This document shows positions 34,726 through 47,888 of a DNA stretch of 64,000 nucleotides, piece after piece. Location: NCBI RefSeq assembly GCF_009914755.1, contig NC_060934.1. The stretch is one strand, 5' to 3'. Position 1 is the first letter of the stretch; the number at the start of each line of letters is the position of its first letter. The DNA is from the human T2T-CHM13v2.0 reference genome, Homo sapiens. A program made the translations under genes and the position numbers. The notes under the pieces are model-generated. The model made no database searches. It worked only from the letters and a program-made list of their open reading frames with translations, and was not told the origin of the DNA.

Positions 34726-37700
34726 ATTGTATACTCTTATTCTTATAACTATTAGTAAAAGTAACCAAAACATATATATTTATCTCATTGACTACAAGAG
34801 AAAGTAAAATTGCTTTTGGCCAAACCAGTAAATTCTCTGTAAACTCGGAAGGTTTTTAAGATGCAAAAACATTCATGAATAGATTCTACTCCACTCAGTT
34901 CCCAGTCAGGTTCATCGTAGACTTCTGGTGTCTTCTTGGTGATGAGCTAACGCAATTAGATGCCCAAAGCCTGTCTTTTCCTTCTTAATAGGCTTCTGGG
35001 TTTGCCTACAGCTTTCTTAGCTGGAGAAGACTGCAATTCGCTTGACAGCCATGGGTTATTTATAGAAAACTGGCTTAGGAGCTGCAACCTATATAAAACT
35101 GGGCTCTTTTATTTCCTGTATGAAGATGTGTTTGCTGAAAATCTATATGTGTTTGAATTGTAAGGTGGAAGTTGACATACTGCTTCCCTTTTTATCAGGT
35201 TAATATTCCATGTTCACAAAATTGTAAGACAAGTTTTAACCCTCAAAGTTAGCCCTCCCACAAGAAGTTATAATTACTATTTTTGACTTTGCCCTGTCAC
35301 CTTTATTCTTCATCTCTTCTCTCACGTAGTTCTTTTCCCTCTGGAAGGCTGGTTTTTATTCCACCTTTTCTTAAGTAAAGAATTGGCTTTAGTTCTAAAT
35401 CAAGTGATTGTCTAAGTATGGCTGACGCATGCCTGACCAATTTCCTGATCAGGTGCATTAGCTAAACTGCTGTAATTTATAAAGTTAAGGATTAGTACCA
35501 CTGCACATCAGCTTCTTTCAGTCTTTGTATTATTTAAAGATACAGTTCAAATTGTGTGTCTCAGAACTTAAAAATTTAAACTCTATAAAATAAAGAGGTT
35601 CTTTGAAATCACAGGTTGAAATTTTTTTTTGATTTTTTTAAAATTTTTAGGTTGATCATAGTCATTGAAGTAAAACTTTTTTGTGTGTGTGATTACTTTC
35701 AAAACGTTAGTTATTCTAAAATCAGGTAATTTTCTCTCACCTTCCTTGTCTCAAAATGTGCCTAACATTCATTAGAAATGTCTTCCTTGTTTAAGTAGAG
35801 TACTGGCATATTTCTGCTTTTTAGATCCCAAATCTATTTTGGACTATTCAATAGGTGTAAAGTCATTCTGCTCTCAATTATAGACCTTAAAAGCATGCAC
35901 ATTTGAATACCCTCTCTAGGCCTAAGGTCCTCATTAGTAATTGAGGATAATAACATGACTTACCCATGGATTTGTGGGGATTAGTGAAACAATGGCAGTG
36001 AAAATGCTTCCCCCATGAGAATTAGTATTATTTCAGTCACATTAATCTTTAAATGCAAACAAAATTTGAATACTACTCTTGCCACCATGACCTAGAAAAA
36101 TATTGAATATTCATTATTAGATATTTGTGGCAAATATCATTTACTATATCTTCCCAACTGCCAATGACTTATTGATGGCCTTTATTCAAAAGCAACCGAG
36201 CCTCTGACAGCTATGTTTAAATCTCAAGATCTGCATCACCCTCTGTGACATCAGATTTTCTTCCCCTAGGAGCTGAAATGAGTGATCACCACTTAGTCTC
36301 TGTGGTCCCTTGAATGGTGAATATGAAGTCTCTTAATTGTTGGGTACACATGTATGTGAAGCATTGACAAATCTGAGTCGCAAAGAGAGATCAATAAGGT
36401 AGAAAATGAGGGGTAAGCGAAAACAAGAAATGCAGAGAATATTTCTGTAGTCTGTATTACAAATGGCTTTGCTGATCCCTACCTCTGGATCTCTTCGTGC
36501 CTCCTGGATGCCCAGAAACTAAGTACTATGCTTTATATAAACACTCCCACTCCACCCACAGCCCTCCTCCTCCTCCTCCTCCTCTTTCTTCTTCCTCATA
36601 ATTTTTTTTTTTTGGCCAAAGCTAATTTATGTCCCTTTGCATTACTTGAAAACTTCCAACCACAAAGAATTTATGATAGGTATTTCTTGATTAACCAAGA
36701 GATATTTGAATATTTGCAAGTAAATTTTGGAATGAGAGGAATCAGATTCATATTTATATTTTGCTCACACTAATTTCATGGATCTACTTTGTGTGGATCA
36801 TTTTTGCAAATTTTGATTAACAGTATTAGCAACACTTAAAAGGTCTATATTACCATCTGTATTTTACAATGAGGAAACCAAAGCTCAAAGAGATTGAATT
36901 CCTTTTGAATGTCACATCCATGATATATGTGATTCAAATCCTAGTGTCTTCCAAAAAAATGGGCTTGTCAGAAAAAAAGAAAAAAAAATCCTAGTACCTA
37001 GACTTTTTCCACTTAATTATCCTGCAATCCCCCTGAAGGGCTCAATGGAACCAGAACAAAGATTTTATGAACAGTCTTCTTAATTTCATATATATGGGGG
37101 TGCTTGTCATTCAAAGCAAGTGGTGATCACACCATTTATGTTCACAGGATTATAGAACACAGAACTCTAGGTATTTCACATTAAATCCGTGGCTGGCAAC
37201 ATTCTGAAGCTACCAAACTTCCCCTTCTCTTCTTTTTTGTTTCAAATCCTTCGTGATGGTGGCTGCCTTACTTGGGTGACTCAGTGAGGCGGATCTTCTA
37301 CCTAGCTCATGGTGGCCAAAGTACACGGTGCCTCTGATACAACGAGGTCCAACCTGGGCCATATATGTATTTATTTATTGCTATTTCATAGCATTATCAG
37401 GATAATCAATCAATCCACTTTCATTCATTTTGATTATGTTTTGTAGATGTCAAGAGTCAATAAGAAAGCAATGTATAGAGCTTTCCGGTAAATCTTTCGA
37501 CTCATTATGTTTTCTGGTCAACCCTACTGAGGAAATGAAACACATGCCCAGCTGCTAATCAAACTGCAATGTTCTCAATGTAACAACGGTTTCAACAAGA
37601 CTGGTGGAATTAGATCAGATCAAACTGCAATCCTCCAAATGACTAATTTACTTTATTTTGAAATATCGCTACTTCTTCGCCAATTTCAATCCTAGCTCCA

Positions 37701-38144
37701 CTGTAATCTTTACACTCCGAGAACAAACATTATTGCAATATCAAATTTCTGAATTCTACTTGCTTCTTGACAGCATCTAAACCTTCATAAGGCCCCTTTC
37801 CCTAGACCTTCATCAGAATCATCTAGCACAAATCTAAACCCTCCCTTCCCATAAGGATTGCCCTTCCTGTAAGGATTGCCCTTCCCACCTTTCTCTTCCT
37901 GAGATTTCCCAAAACTCCACTGAAGCATATTCTCCACGCTGCAGCAGCCAAAGAAGAGTAACTTTTAACTTTACGTGGCTACAAGTATGTTCCTAGTGCT
38001 CTTCGGTTGATGGGCTTCAATACGACAAAGACATACTTAACACTTCTTATTCCTTTGAGCCTGATGTCTATATGTTTACATCTGGAGTTCTTGTTTTCTT
38101 CATGGTAAATTCCAGATCTCCTTGAGTGAGTAAGGTGCTTACTT

Positions 38145-38452
38145 ATTTTTTATTTATTTATTTATTTTTTAGATGGAGTCTCACTCTGTCGCCCAGGCTG
38201 GAGTGCAGTGGCGCCATCTTGGCTCACTGCAAGCTCCGCCCCCCCGGGTTCACGCCATTCTCCTGCCTCAGCCTCCCGAGTAGCTGAGACTACAGGCGCC
38301 CGCCGCCACGCCCGGCTAATATTTTTGTATTTTTAGTAGAGATGGGGTTTCACTGTGTTAGCCAGGATGGTCTCGATCTCCTGACCTCATAATCCGCCCG
38401 CCTCGACATCCCAAAGTGCTGGGATTACAGGGATGAGCCACCGCGCCAGGCC
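38145..38452 (-). mobile_element. AluY
   Basis: gcaagctccgcc, ttcacgccattc, agccaggatggtctcgatc; TSD gtgcttactt. Confidence 0.93.
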
Positions 38453-40052
38453 AGTGCTTACTTCTTAAAGCCCAAATTTATGCACATTTTAGTGAATATT
38501 GATAGTCTATGCCCTAGTTACTACCTCATTGATGGTAGGCACCCCTTCTTTTACTCCTGACGTTTCTTGGTGGAAGCGATTCTGCCAGTGAAGAAATGGG
38601 AAAGGAGGAATGCAGGTACTTAGGCAGGAATCCACCAACCATGAAGTTGTTGCCCCTAGCAATTTGCTTTGTCCTGTTTCAGAAACTCACACATCCTATG
38701 CAAGGCACCTCCAGCTGGTTATATGAGAGGGAGTTTTATTTTAGTTATTGTCTTTTTAATCTCTCCTGTACCAGCTTCATACCCCTTTACTTCCTTTATG
38801 TATTTATTTATTTATTTATTCCTTCATTCTGTGAAACCCAAAGAGCTGCTCTCAATTCCCACTAGAGACTTTAATAGCACTCAGGTTTTTCTGCAAAGGC
38901 CCTCCACCCGGTTGAGGTTCCCAGAGTGACGCTCTGGTGGGAATGTTCTTCTGCTACAGCCACACTAAGCTTTACAGGGGTAGCACGTGAAAAATTATAC
39001 ACAGAATTATATATTGAAGACTTTATTTTAAAAGCCCCTTCTGTAATTTCTTTTTTCATTTATAATTTTTCCACGTTATTTTAACTTAAAATGCAGCCAA
39101 CTTTAATTGATATAAGTTCATCCTTATTGATGTTTGGGGTTTCTTCTCATTTCAGCATACTTTCTCTTGGGGCAAGTTTTTGTTTTTTTAATTCCCACAG
39201 AATTTCTTGAAATATACACCTGTGTTCTTTACAATATTTTATGACTCAATGCAATATTTTATGACTTTGTGTTATTTTTAGTATGAATAAAATGTACGTT
39301 AAATGTTGGAATTTTTTAGTTTTTTTTTCTCCTATGAGCTTGTATTTTGATGTTTTAATCATCACAAACTTTGCAAAATCTAAACATCTGAGGGAAGGGG
39401 TAAAGAAAAGAAAAAGAAAAACCTTGTACTAAAACAAAACCACATGGCAACAGGATTTGGTTTCCTTGTGTTGGGGAAGAGGGATCCTACATTTAAAACT
39501 TTGATATGTTGATAGGCACAAAATGATCCCATGTTGTCTATTCAGACAAGAGATAGCAAAGCATTAATTGATGGGCTAGTAGCTTGGATTCATTCATTTC
39601 ATATTGTCTTAATCTTGACTATTTTTGTAATCTGTTAAAGCACAGAATAATTCTGTTATTGTGCAATTTAATGTTATAACCACCTGCCGGGTATAGATTA
39701 TGTTTGAAAGCACACCCTAAAGTAATTTGAAGAATTGTAAAGTAATAAAGTAATTTGAAGTATAACCCAGGGTCATTATTATAGTTCATTTGGATATTTA
39801 CTTTGAGGAACTATTGCTATTTCTAGGGCTGAATTTGCACAGATGCACCAGTATGGGAATGAGGGGAGGATATGAGAAAAAAATTGAGACTATTTCCAAG
39901 TGGCTTTGGAATTGGAGTTTGTGAGCTCCCAAGAGTGAGTAACACCCTTCAGTCTAGTTGTCTGGGTCTGGGAGGAACTGTTCAATTTGGCCAGGGTGTT
40001 GTAAGAAGTAAACTGAGACTTGTCCAGCATTCAAAATTACCGTATTTCATAA

Positions 40053-40446
<394 letters not shown>

Positions 40447-41471
40447 TAGACTGTGGAACACATCTTTATTACCACTTATAATCTTTTTATGCTTAGTCAA
40501 AGAGCTATTTGATGTAGACATAAGTTTTTAAAAATTATTATTGTATATTATTCTTTTGTATATATTAAATGAAAAATATATGGAAAGTACGTTAGTTAAT
40601 GTGTTCTTAAAATATCTTCACATTCAAAATTTCTCTCTTTTAAATCAAGTTGGGACCCAAAGGCATCAATATCAGGGGTCCTCCCCCTGTGCCCCTGAAA
40701 AATAATCCCCTGTTCCATCAAGGTTCTCGCTGCAATATTTCTGCAATGAGTCCACACTGTCATCTCTTATTTCAAGACTAGTTAAAATGCTAGTTAAAAT
40801 GGCACTTTTTTATCTTGGCAGAATGTATTGACAATAACACGTATTTCCTGACTACTATCTAGGGAACAGAGACTGTATAAGTCCTGATTTAATAAATGTT
40901 ATATATTTCTAATTCATTATTTTCCTCTTTATTTTTATCATCTTGAGGAGTTTGGAGAATGAAATAACTTCTTAAGAAACATCTTAAACAAGTCAGTTCA
41001 AGACTATCTCTGGTGAGAACTAAATTATTTACTACTTTAATTTTCATAAGCTTTCTCACCATTAGTTTTATCTACAGGTAGTATGTTTTGGTTGACCAAA
41101 AACTTCAAGTATGTAGTTTTCCTTTATGCACATTTGATTTCCAAATTCTTTGTTTCTTTGTGGAAGAGAGTAAAATAATCCCTGAACTCGGCCATTCTGC
41201 TAAGAACTTGGAATGCCTTGTTTTGACTTCCTCTACTGGACTCTGTTTTAGTGTTCAGAGTTAAATTTCCTTTAAAGAATGCGCTCAGATCCCAGTGGTT
41301 TTCCCAGTGAGTTTCTGATATGTCAAACTTACTTTCTCACTTAACATTAAGGAATACACAGGCTAATTGTTAAGAATTACAGATAACCCAGGAATTTACA
41401 AATACTATAAGTCATATATACAGAATGAATCATACTTACCCTTTAGAACTGCATGACTTATCACCCAATGT

Positions 41472-42125
41472 ATTTTTGTTTAATTTTTATTTTTATTTTA
41501 AGTTCTGGGGTACATATGCAGGATGCGCAGGTTTGTTACACAGGTAAATGTGTCCCATGGTGGTTTGCTGCACCTGTCAACGCATCACCTAAGTATTAAG
41601 CCCGGCATGCATTAGCTATTTTTCCTAATGCTCTCCCTCCCCCAACCCTACCCACCAACAGGCCCCAGTGTGTATTGTTCCCCTCCCTGTGTTCATGTGT
41701 TCTCATTGTTCAGCTCCCACTTATAAATGGAAAATACAGTGTTTGGTTTTCTGTTCCTGCATTAGTTTGCTGAAGATAATGGCTTCCAGCTCTATCCATG
41801 TCCCTCCAAAAGACATGATGTCATTCCTTTTTATGGCTGCATAGTATTCTACGGTATATATGTGCCACATTTTCTTTATCCATTCTATTATTGATGGGCA
41901 TTGGGTTGATTCCATGTCTTTGCTATTATGAATAGTGTTGCAGTGAACATATGTGTGCATGTATTTTTGTAATAGAATGATTTATATTCCTTTGGGTAGA
42001 TACCCAGTAATGAGATTGCTGTGCCAAATAGTACTTCTGGTTCTAGATCTTTGGGGAATCACCACAGTGTCTTCCACAATGGTTGAACTAATTTACCTTC
42101 CCATCAACAGTGTAAAAGTGTTCCT
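41472..42125 (-). mobile_element. L1PA (older, ~PA8-10) 3' end, 5'-truncated
   Basis: ORF 41721-41960 gives the ORF2 C-terminus ([24 protein letters not shown]), plus 3'UTR and poly-T. Confidence 0.9.
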
Positions 42126-43087
42126 AAGGAAATATTACATTATTTTTTAAAGGTACATTTTAGAGTCAATGAAAGATGTTGTTAGCTCTCCTTCCTGGTA
42201 TCTGTGCTATAAGATAAGTGGTTCCAAGAAAGAAGTTTCAGACTAATTCTCCCACAAGTACATATATTTATTAACATGGCGAGGCAAGGAAATACAAGTG
42301 AAATGAAATCCCTGTTAGGCACCCTGGAGATGAGAATCCCAACCTAGGCCTCCATTTCAAAGGGAAAGGAAAATGAATCACTTCCATCATTATACACTAT
42401 TCAGACCACGATGGTAATGCCTGCAACATTTCCATCCAATCCACATATCTTTAACATCACTACATTTCAACAATAATTAAAAAAAAAACTATTTCTAACT
42501 GCCATCATGCTAATTAAAATACCACTGCTGTGAATGTGTATATCCAATTAGAGTATACATGTTAATTAAATTCCATTAGCTTATAATTTAAGCACAAATT
42601 GCATACTATGTAGGAGAATTTTTAAAGAAAATTACAGATACTACAAAATATTTATAATTAGATCAGTGTGTTTCCTTCAGCAAAATGGAGATGCATGACT
42701 AGTGGAAATGCCAGTTTCAAGAACCTTGTTTTCTATTTTACTAGCTACCAGCAAATGTTGAGCAAAATGTTTAAAAATGCTTCTCTTTGACTTCTTCTTA
42801 AAACTGCAGTGAATATTTTAGAAGAATAAATTGTTCTTCTTTCCTTTGGACAAAAGAGTTATTTCTAGCACTGATAAATACTGCTTAAGAAGCCTAATAT
42901 TATGAATGGCTTAGGAAGATCTAAAATAAAAAATTGAAGTTATGGAGGTAAAATGTTTGACTTATAAGATCATATTTATCATTTTTTGTAATCCTGCAGG
43001 GTCATTTCATTTTAGTAACATCAACCGCAGGACTCTTGAACATGAGCCATACATGATAAACCACAGGAAGTACTGAGAGGCAATGGT

Positions 43088-43291
43088 CTGTGTCATGAAA
43101 CTTTCCTCCAAGGAGCTAAAACCTCCAAAAGCTTCTAACTGGATAAGCACAGATAGCAAAAGACCTAATAGAGAACCACTCTGTCCCTCCAATATATAAT
43201 ATGTGCTCTATTAGGGCCTTTGCTATCTGTGCTTATCCACTTAGAAGCTGCTGGAGGCTTTAGCTCCTTGGAGGAAAATTTCATGCCACAG
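43088..43291. repeat. Long inverted repeat: 86 bp arms, 32 nt spacer
   Basis: 43088-43173 vs reverse complement of 43206-43291: ungapped, 78/86 identical by manual alignment. The opposing ORFs 43007-43192(-) and 43220-43411(+) share LSVLIxLEAxGGFSSLEExFM. Confidence 0.95.
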
Positions 43292-44177
43292 AAACGTTAT
43301 AAATATATAAAAAATGCTGTTCTCCTTTTGCCATTTGGAAACAGGAACTTTAAGCTTACAAATCATGAGCACGAAATGTTTGCCCAGATAATCTCACTTT
43401 ATATCTATTAAAATGTTCTTAGGAGTCATACGTATTTTTGACAATTGTTAAGTGATAGTTTTTATTTCCTGGAATTGTTAAAAGCAGCAGAGTAACCTAG
43501 GCCTAGAGAATCCTTCTCTCAATATTAAAGATGGTATAAGTTTACAGATTTCTGGAAAATAGTCTTATAAGCCATCGCTTATAGAAGTTTACTTCTGAAA
43601 AATAAGCAAATGCCTTCATTTACAAGAAAACAGGCATATTCTTGCATTTGCTTGCCAGGTAAGCTCCTGAGCAAAACTATCTGTTGTTTTAATTACCAAG
43701 ACACCAAAGTTTATTCATACATTCCCAGCCCGCAAAGTGCTACATCCCACTTTATTATGATTTCTTGGTCAACTCTTCTAGCTATCCTAGAAACTGTGTT
43801 ACTCTCTCATTATTCCCAGCCCTTCTTCTAATTGTTTTCTACTGTCTACACCACTTTTTCTTAAAATGTGATGTATGTTAAAAACTGAATTCCTGTACGC
43901 CTTCTTTATACAAATGATTCAAAATTGCCCTAATTTTCACTTCATAACAAGCTCTCCTAATGATTTTTCTTCCTGTTAAAACTGGACAGCTGTTGTAGAG
44001 CCCACTTTCAATCCATCAGCTTCTCTACTTTCTACCTCCAAATTATGCCCTCATCTCATTCCTTCCTCTTCTACTCTTTCTCATCGGGAAGACTCAAATA
44101 GGCATTTAATCTGTTTTCATGTCCTAGATTCATTTTTGGCTTATCTCGTTCATTCATCTAATTGTGGTTCTTAAATT

Positions 44178-44415
44178 GTGGTTCTCATCCATTCATTAAA
44201 TTGTGGTCCATTCATCAAAATGTGGGGTCATTTTGCCCCCAAAGGATATCTGACAACATCTGCATATGGGTTTGGTTGTCACAACTAAGGAACACACAGC
44301 TACTACTGGCGTTTAGTGAGTGGAAGTCAGGGATGCTGCTACGTTTCCTACAATGCCCAGGACAGCACCACAAAGAACCCTCTTGCCTAAAGTGCCAGTA
44401 GTGCCATGGTGCTGG
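44178..44415 (+). mobile_element. MER20 (hAT-Charlie)
   Basis: ttttgccccc, ttggttgtcacaact, tactggc, cagggatgctgcta, tacaatgcccaggacagc motifs. Confidence 0.8.
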
Positions 44416-45391
44416 GGTGAAGTCTTCTTGCCACACTGAGGCACTTCCATCACCTGACCCTGCCTGAATCTGCAATACCAGTTTTTCCAAACTGTCTGTC
44501 ATGGTGTCCTATTTACCTTCCTTGTAAAACTTTTTGCTTAGTATCATAAAAAAAAAAGTGTTTCATGATCTTTCTTCCCCTCGAGAACATAAGCATTTGA
44601 TACCTAACACCTAGGATAGTAATTTATACATTGTAGCTTTTTATTAAATTTTAATTAGATTAAGTAGGCCATACTTGCTTGTATATTATGTGTGTTTGTC
44701 TATGTGGGTAATTCAAAAGAAGCAATATATATAAAAGTGATTCTAACATTAAATTAATAGCTATACAAATATCAATCATAATCCTCTAGAGGACATGAAA
44801 AAATGCTTGAAAAATAAAAAAAAAGAATTTCTTTGTATTTAATTGAATTCTATTGGTTATGTTTCCTAATGACTCAAAATGAACTACTATAGGTCATAAA
44901 TATATGGTTTATTATTTTGTTCATTTAAGCATATTTCACTTACAATGGTAATTAAAAACTATACTGCAAACTATTTTAGATCATTTTCAACAAACTAAAT
45001 TAGACTTGCCACATGTCTGGCCTGGGAATTGGAATTACAGAAAAATAGAAAATTGAGTTATAAAGTACCTTTCTGTCCCAAACCTTTGGGTGCACAAAAA
45101 TCAGGTATTATTTTCAGTTTTAAGTGATATGTCTGAGTCCGTGAATATTTACACATCTGGTCCAGGTTCACGGTGATAATACCTTTCTAGGACAGAATTT
45201 AAACCTAAAACCCTCATTCCATTATTGCAGATTATCAAGGCAAAAAAGTCTTGTTTTAAAAATGAGTAAGTTCATAATGTACTCCTCTTCTTAACTTTTT
45301 TTTCCCTTTGACTTGTATCATGGTACAGTAAAAAGAGCAGGTTTTAGCCAGAGAAAACCCTAGATTTGAAAGTCAGTGACCTAGGGCAGAG

Positions 45392-45606
45392 CAGGGATCA
45401 GTAAACATTTCATAAAGAGCCAAAAATACGTATTTTTGCTTTGCCAAGTGTATGTTCTCTGTTGCCAACGCTGAGTTCCGCTGTGGTAGAGAGAAAGCAG
45501 TCATAAACGATATGGAAATGAACTGACTTCTCTGTTTTCCAATACCACTTTATTTACTAATAAGGTGGGCAAATTTGGACCCTAGAGCATTGTTTGCTGA
45601 CCCCTG
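45392..45606 (+). mobile_element. MER58A-like (hAT-Charlie), inside a MIR
   Basis: TIRs cagggatcagtaaac / gtttgctgacccctg. Confidence 0.8.
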
Positions 45607-46812
45607 ACAGAAAGAAAACTACTGTACCTCCTCACATAAAATGGAGGTGAGAGAGTTCATTTCATAGGTTTGAAGTAACTCAGACTAACCAAGGTAATGT
45701 AACATACTTATGAGAGTATGTAGCCTGCTCGAGACATTACATGCAGCTATCATTATGATGGAGGCAAGTGAATTAATGTTTAAACTCATTCACACAATAT
45801 TCTCTATGGAGCAAAATGCAATGTTAGGCAAGAGCATGAAAGAGAGCTAATTATTTAACTAACAAAAGACTGAGATTATGAAGGAGCTCTAGCCTTAATG
45901 AAATTCATGTCGAAAGTTTTCTATTCTAAGCTCTATTTCTCGAAGATTTAGTAGTAGTATTTTTTCTATAAGCGCAGAAAATTTGAAATGATTCTTTCAA
46001 GAAAATACAACAAACAGCCATTGGATTCTCTAAATCTAGGTAAGCTTCATCACTACAAAACAGAAAAGAAGTCTAAGTTTATGTTATAAATTGTTCTCAC
46101 TGCTAGTAATTACTGAATGCTTCTTTAATGGCTCATAATGAATTCCATGCATTTTTCTAAGAATTATTTTGTTCCCAGAGTTATGTGGATTAATTTATGT
46201 ATATTTAATTTAAAAATTAGCATCACTTTGGGGATCTGTGTCCCCTTAACAGTTCATGAATAAATCAGCTACCTTAAGCTCTTTGAAAAATGCATAAGTA
46301 TATAAAATATCCTTTAGCACATTTAATTTGAAAACAAAGAGGAATGAATAATTGAACTTTTGTTGACTTCAGTTAGCCAAAATTTAAAAAGAAAATGAAA
46401 TGCAGTTGTGAACAGGCTGTATATCTGGTGTTTTGTTCTATACTTTATTTAGAAATATTGTTCAGTGTGACTGTGCGTCTAACCCAACTTAAAATTTAAA
46501 ATATTTCACATTACCTCTTTTACACTAAATCAATGGATGCTTTTCAAAATAGAGAGCATATTCAGTTGAAAAATAAAAGAATCCACCCATTTTAAAGCTT
46601 CCTACTTTGTGAATTAAATTATATGCCCCACATCTAAATGCTACACGCTTCCCTAATTATATGAGGTTGTCTGTCTTCAAAAGGCCTTTACAATCTTCCG
46701 CTAATTCAGTCAAATTATATTGATTGGTAGATGTGTCAGAGTTTCTTTTCTTGGTTTAAGGATATGAGATTGCTTTTTCAAGAAATGTAATCTTTTATTA
46801 GAGTTTATGTCC

Positions 46813-47115
46813 AGCCAGGTGGGGTGGCTCATGTCTGTAATCCCAGCACTTTGGGACGCCAAGGCTGGCAGAGCACCTAAGGTCAGGAGTTTGAGACCAG
46901 CCTGGCAAACATGGTGAAACCCCATCTCTACTAAAATTACAAACAAATTTAGCCAGGTGTTGTGGCACGTGCCTGTAATCCCAGCAACTTGGGAGACTGA
47001 GCAGGAGAATTGCTTGAACCCAGGAGGCAGAGGTTGCAGTGAGCCGGGATCGGGCCACTGCACTCCAGCCTGGGCAACAAGAGTGAGACTTGGTCTCAAA
47101 AAGAAAAAAAAAAAA
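46813..47115 (+). mobile_element. AluS
   Basis: Full Alu; TSD agagtttatgt. Confidence 0.95.
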
Positions 47116-47580
47116 AGAGTTTATGTTCATTAGCATGAGAAAATATGGATAGACAGATGGGTAGATGAATAGAAGGGTAGGTAGATGTAGATATAGATTT
47201 ATATATGTACATCTATATGTATAAAATAACATAATAAAAGAATGTCCATGGATTTGACTGTACTGATTTTTCCAAAATCTTTTGTATGTACAGTTAGTTA
47301 AAATTTTATATTAATGATTTTGAGATTAAGAGCTGGCTCCCATGAAGACCAATTAATTTAACACATTCTGTTCTATGGGACTAACCTGTGCCACCAGAAT
47401 CACTTGGGTATCTTAACATTACATTGCTAGGAAAACAAGGATAGACCAGCAGAAAGCCTAGATAACCAATATCGCACTAAACTAAAAACAAACAAAAAAT
47501 CCTCAAAACTGTGGGTGGTGTGACATTGGTTTTGTGCCTGTGTAATTGGTCTACTTGATATCCTGTCCTGACATTTCTTT

Positions 47581-47888
<308 letters not shown>

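Noticed and set aside
37852-37886. 18 bp-period duplication taaggattgcccttcc
   Set aside because: Ordinary short tandem duplication, probably inside an old LTR.
43007-43411. Divergent paralogous small ORFs
   Set aside because: The shared peptide is a by-product of the inverted repeat, and both ORFs start at TTG rather than ATG.
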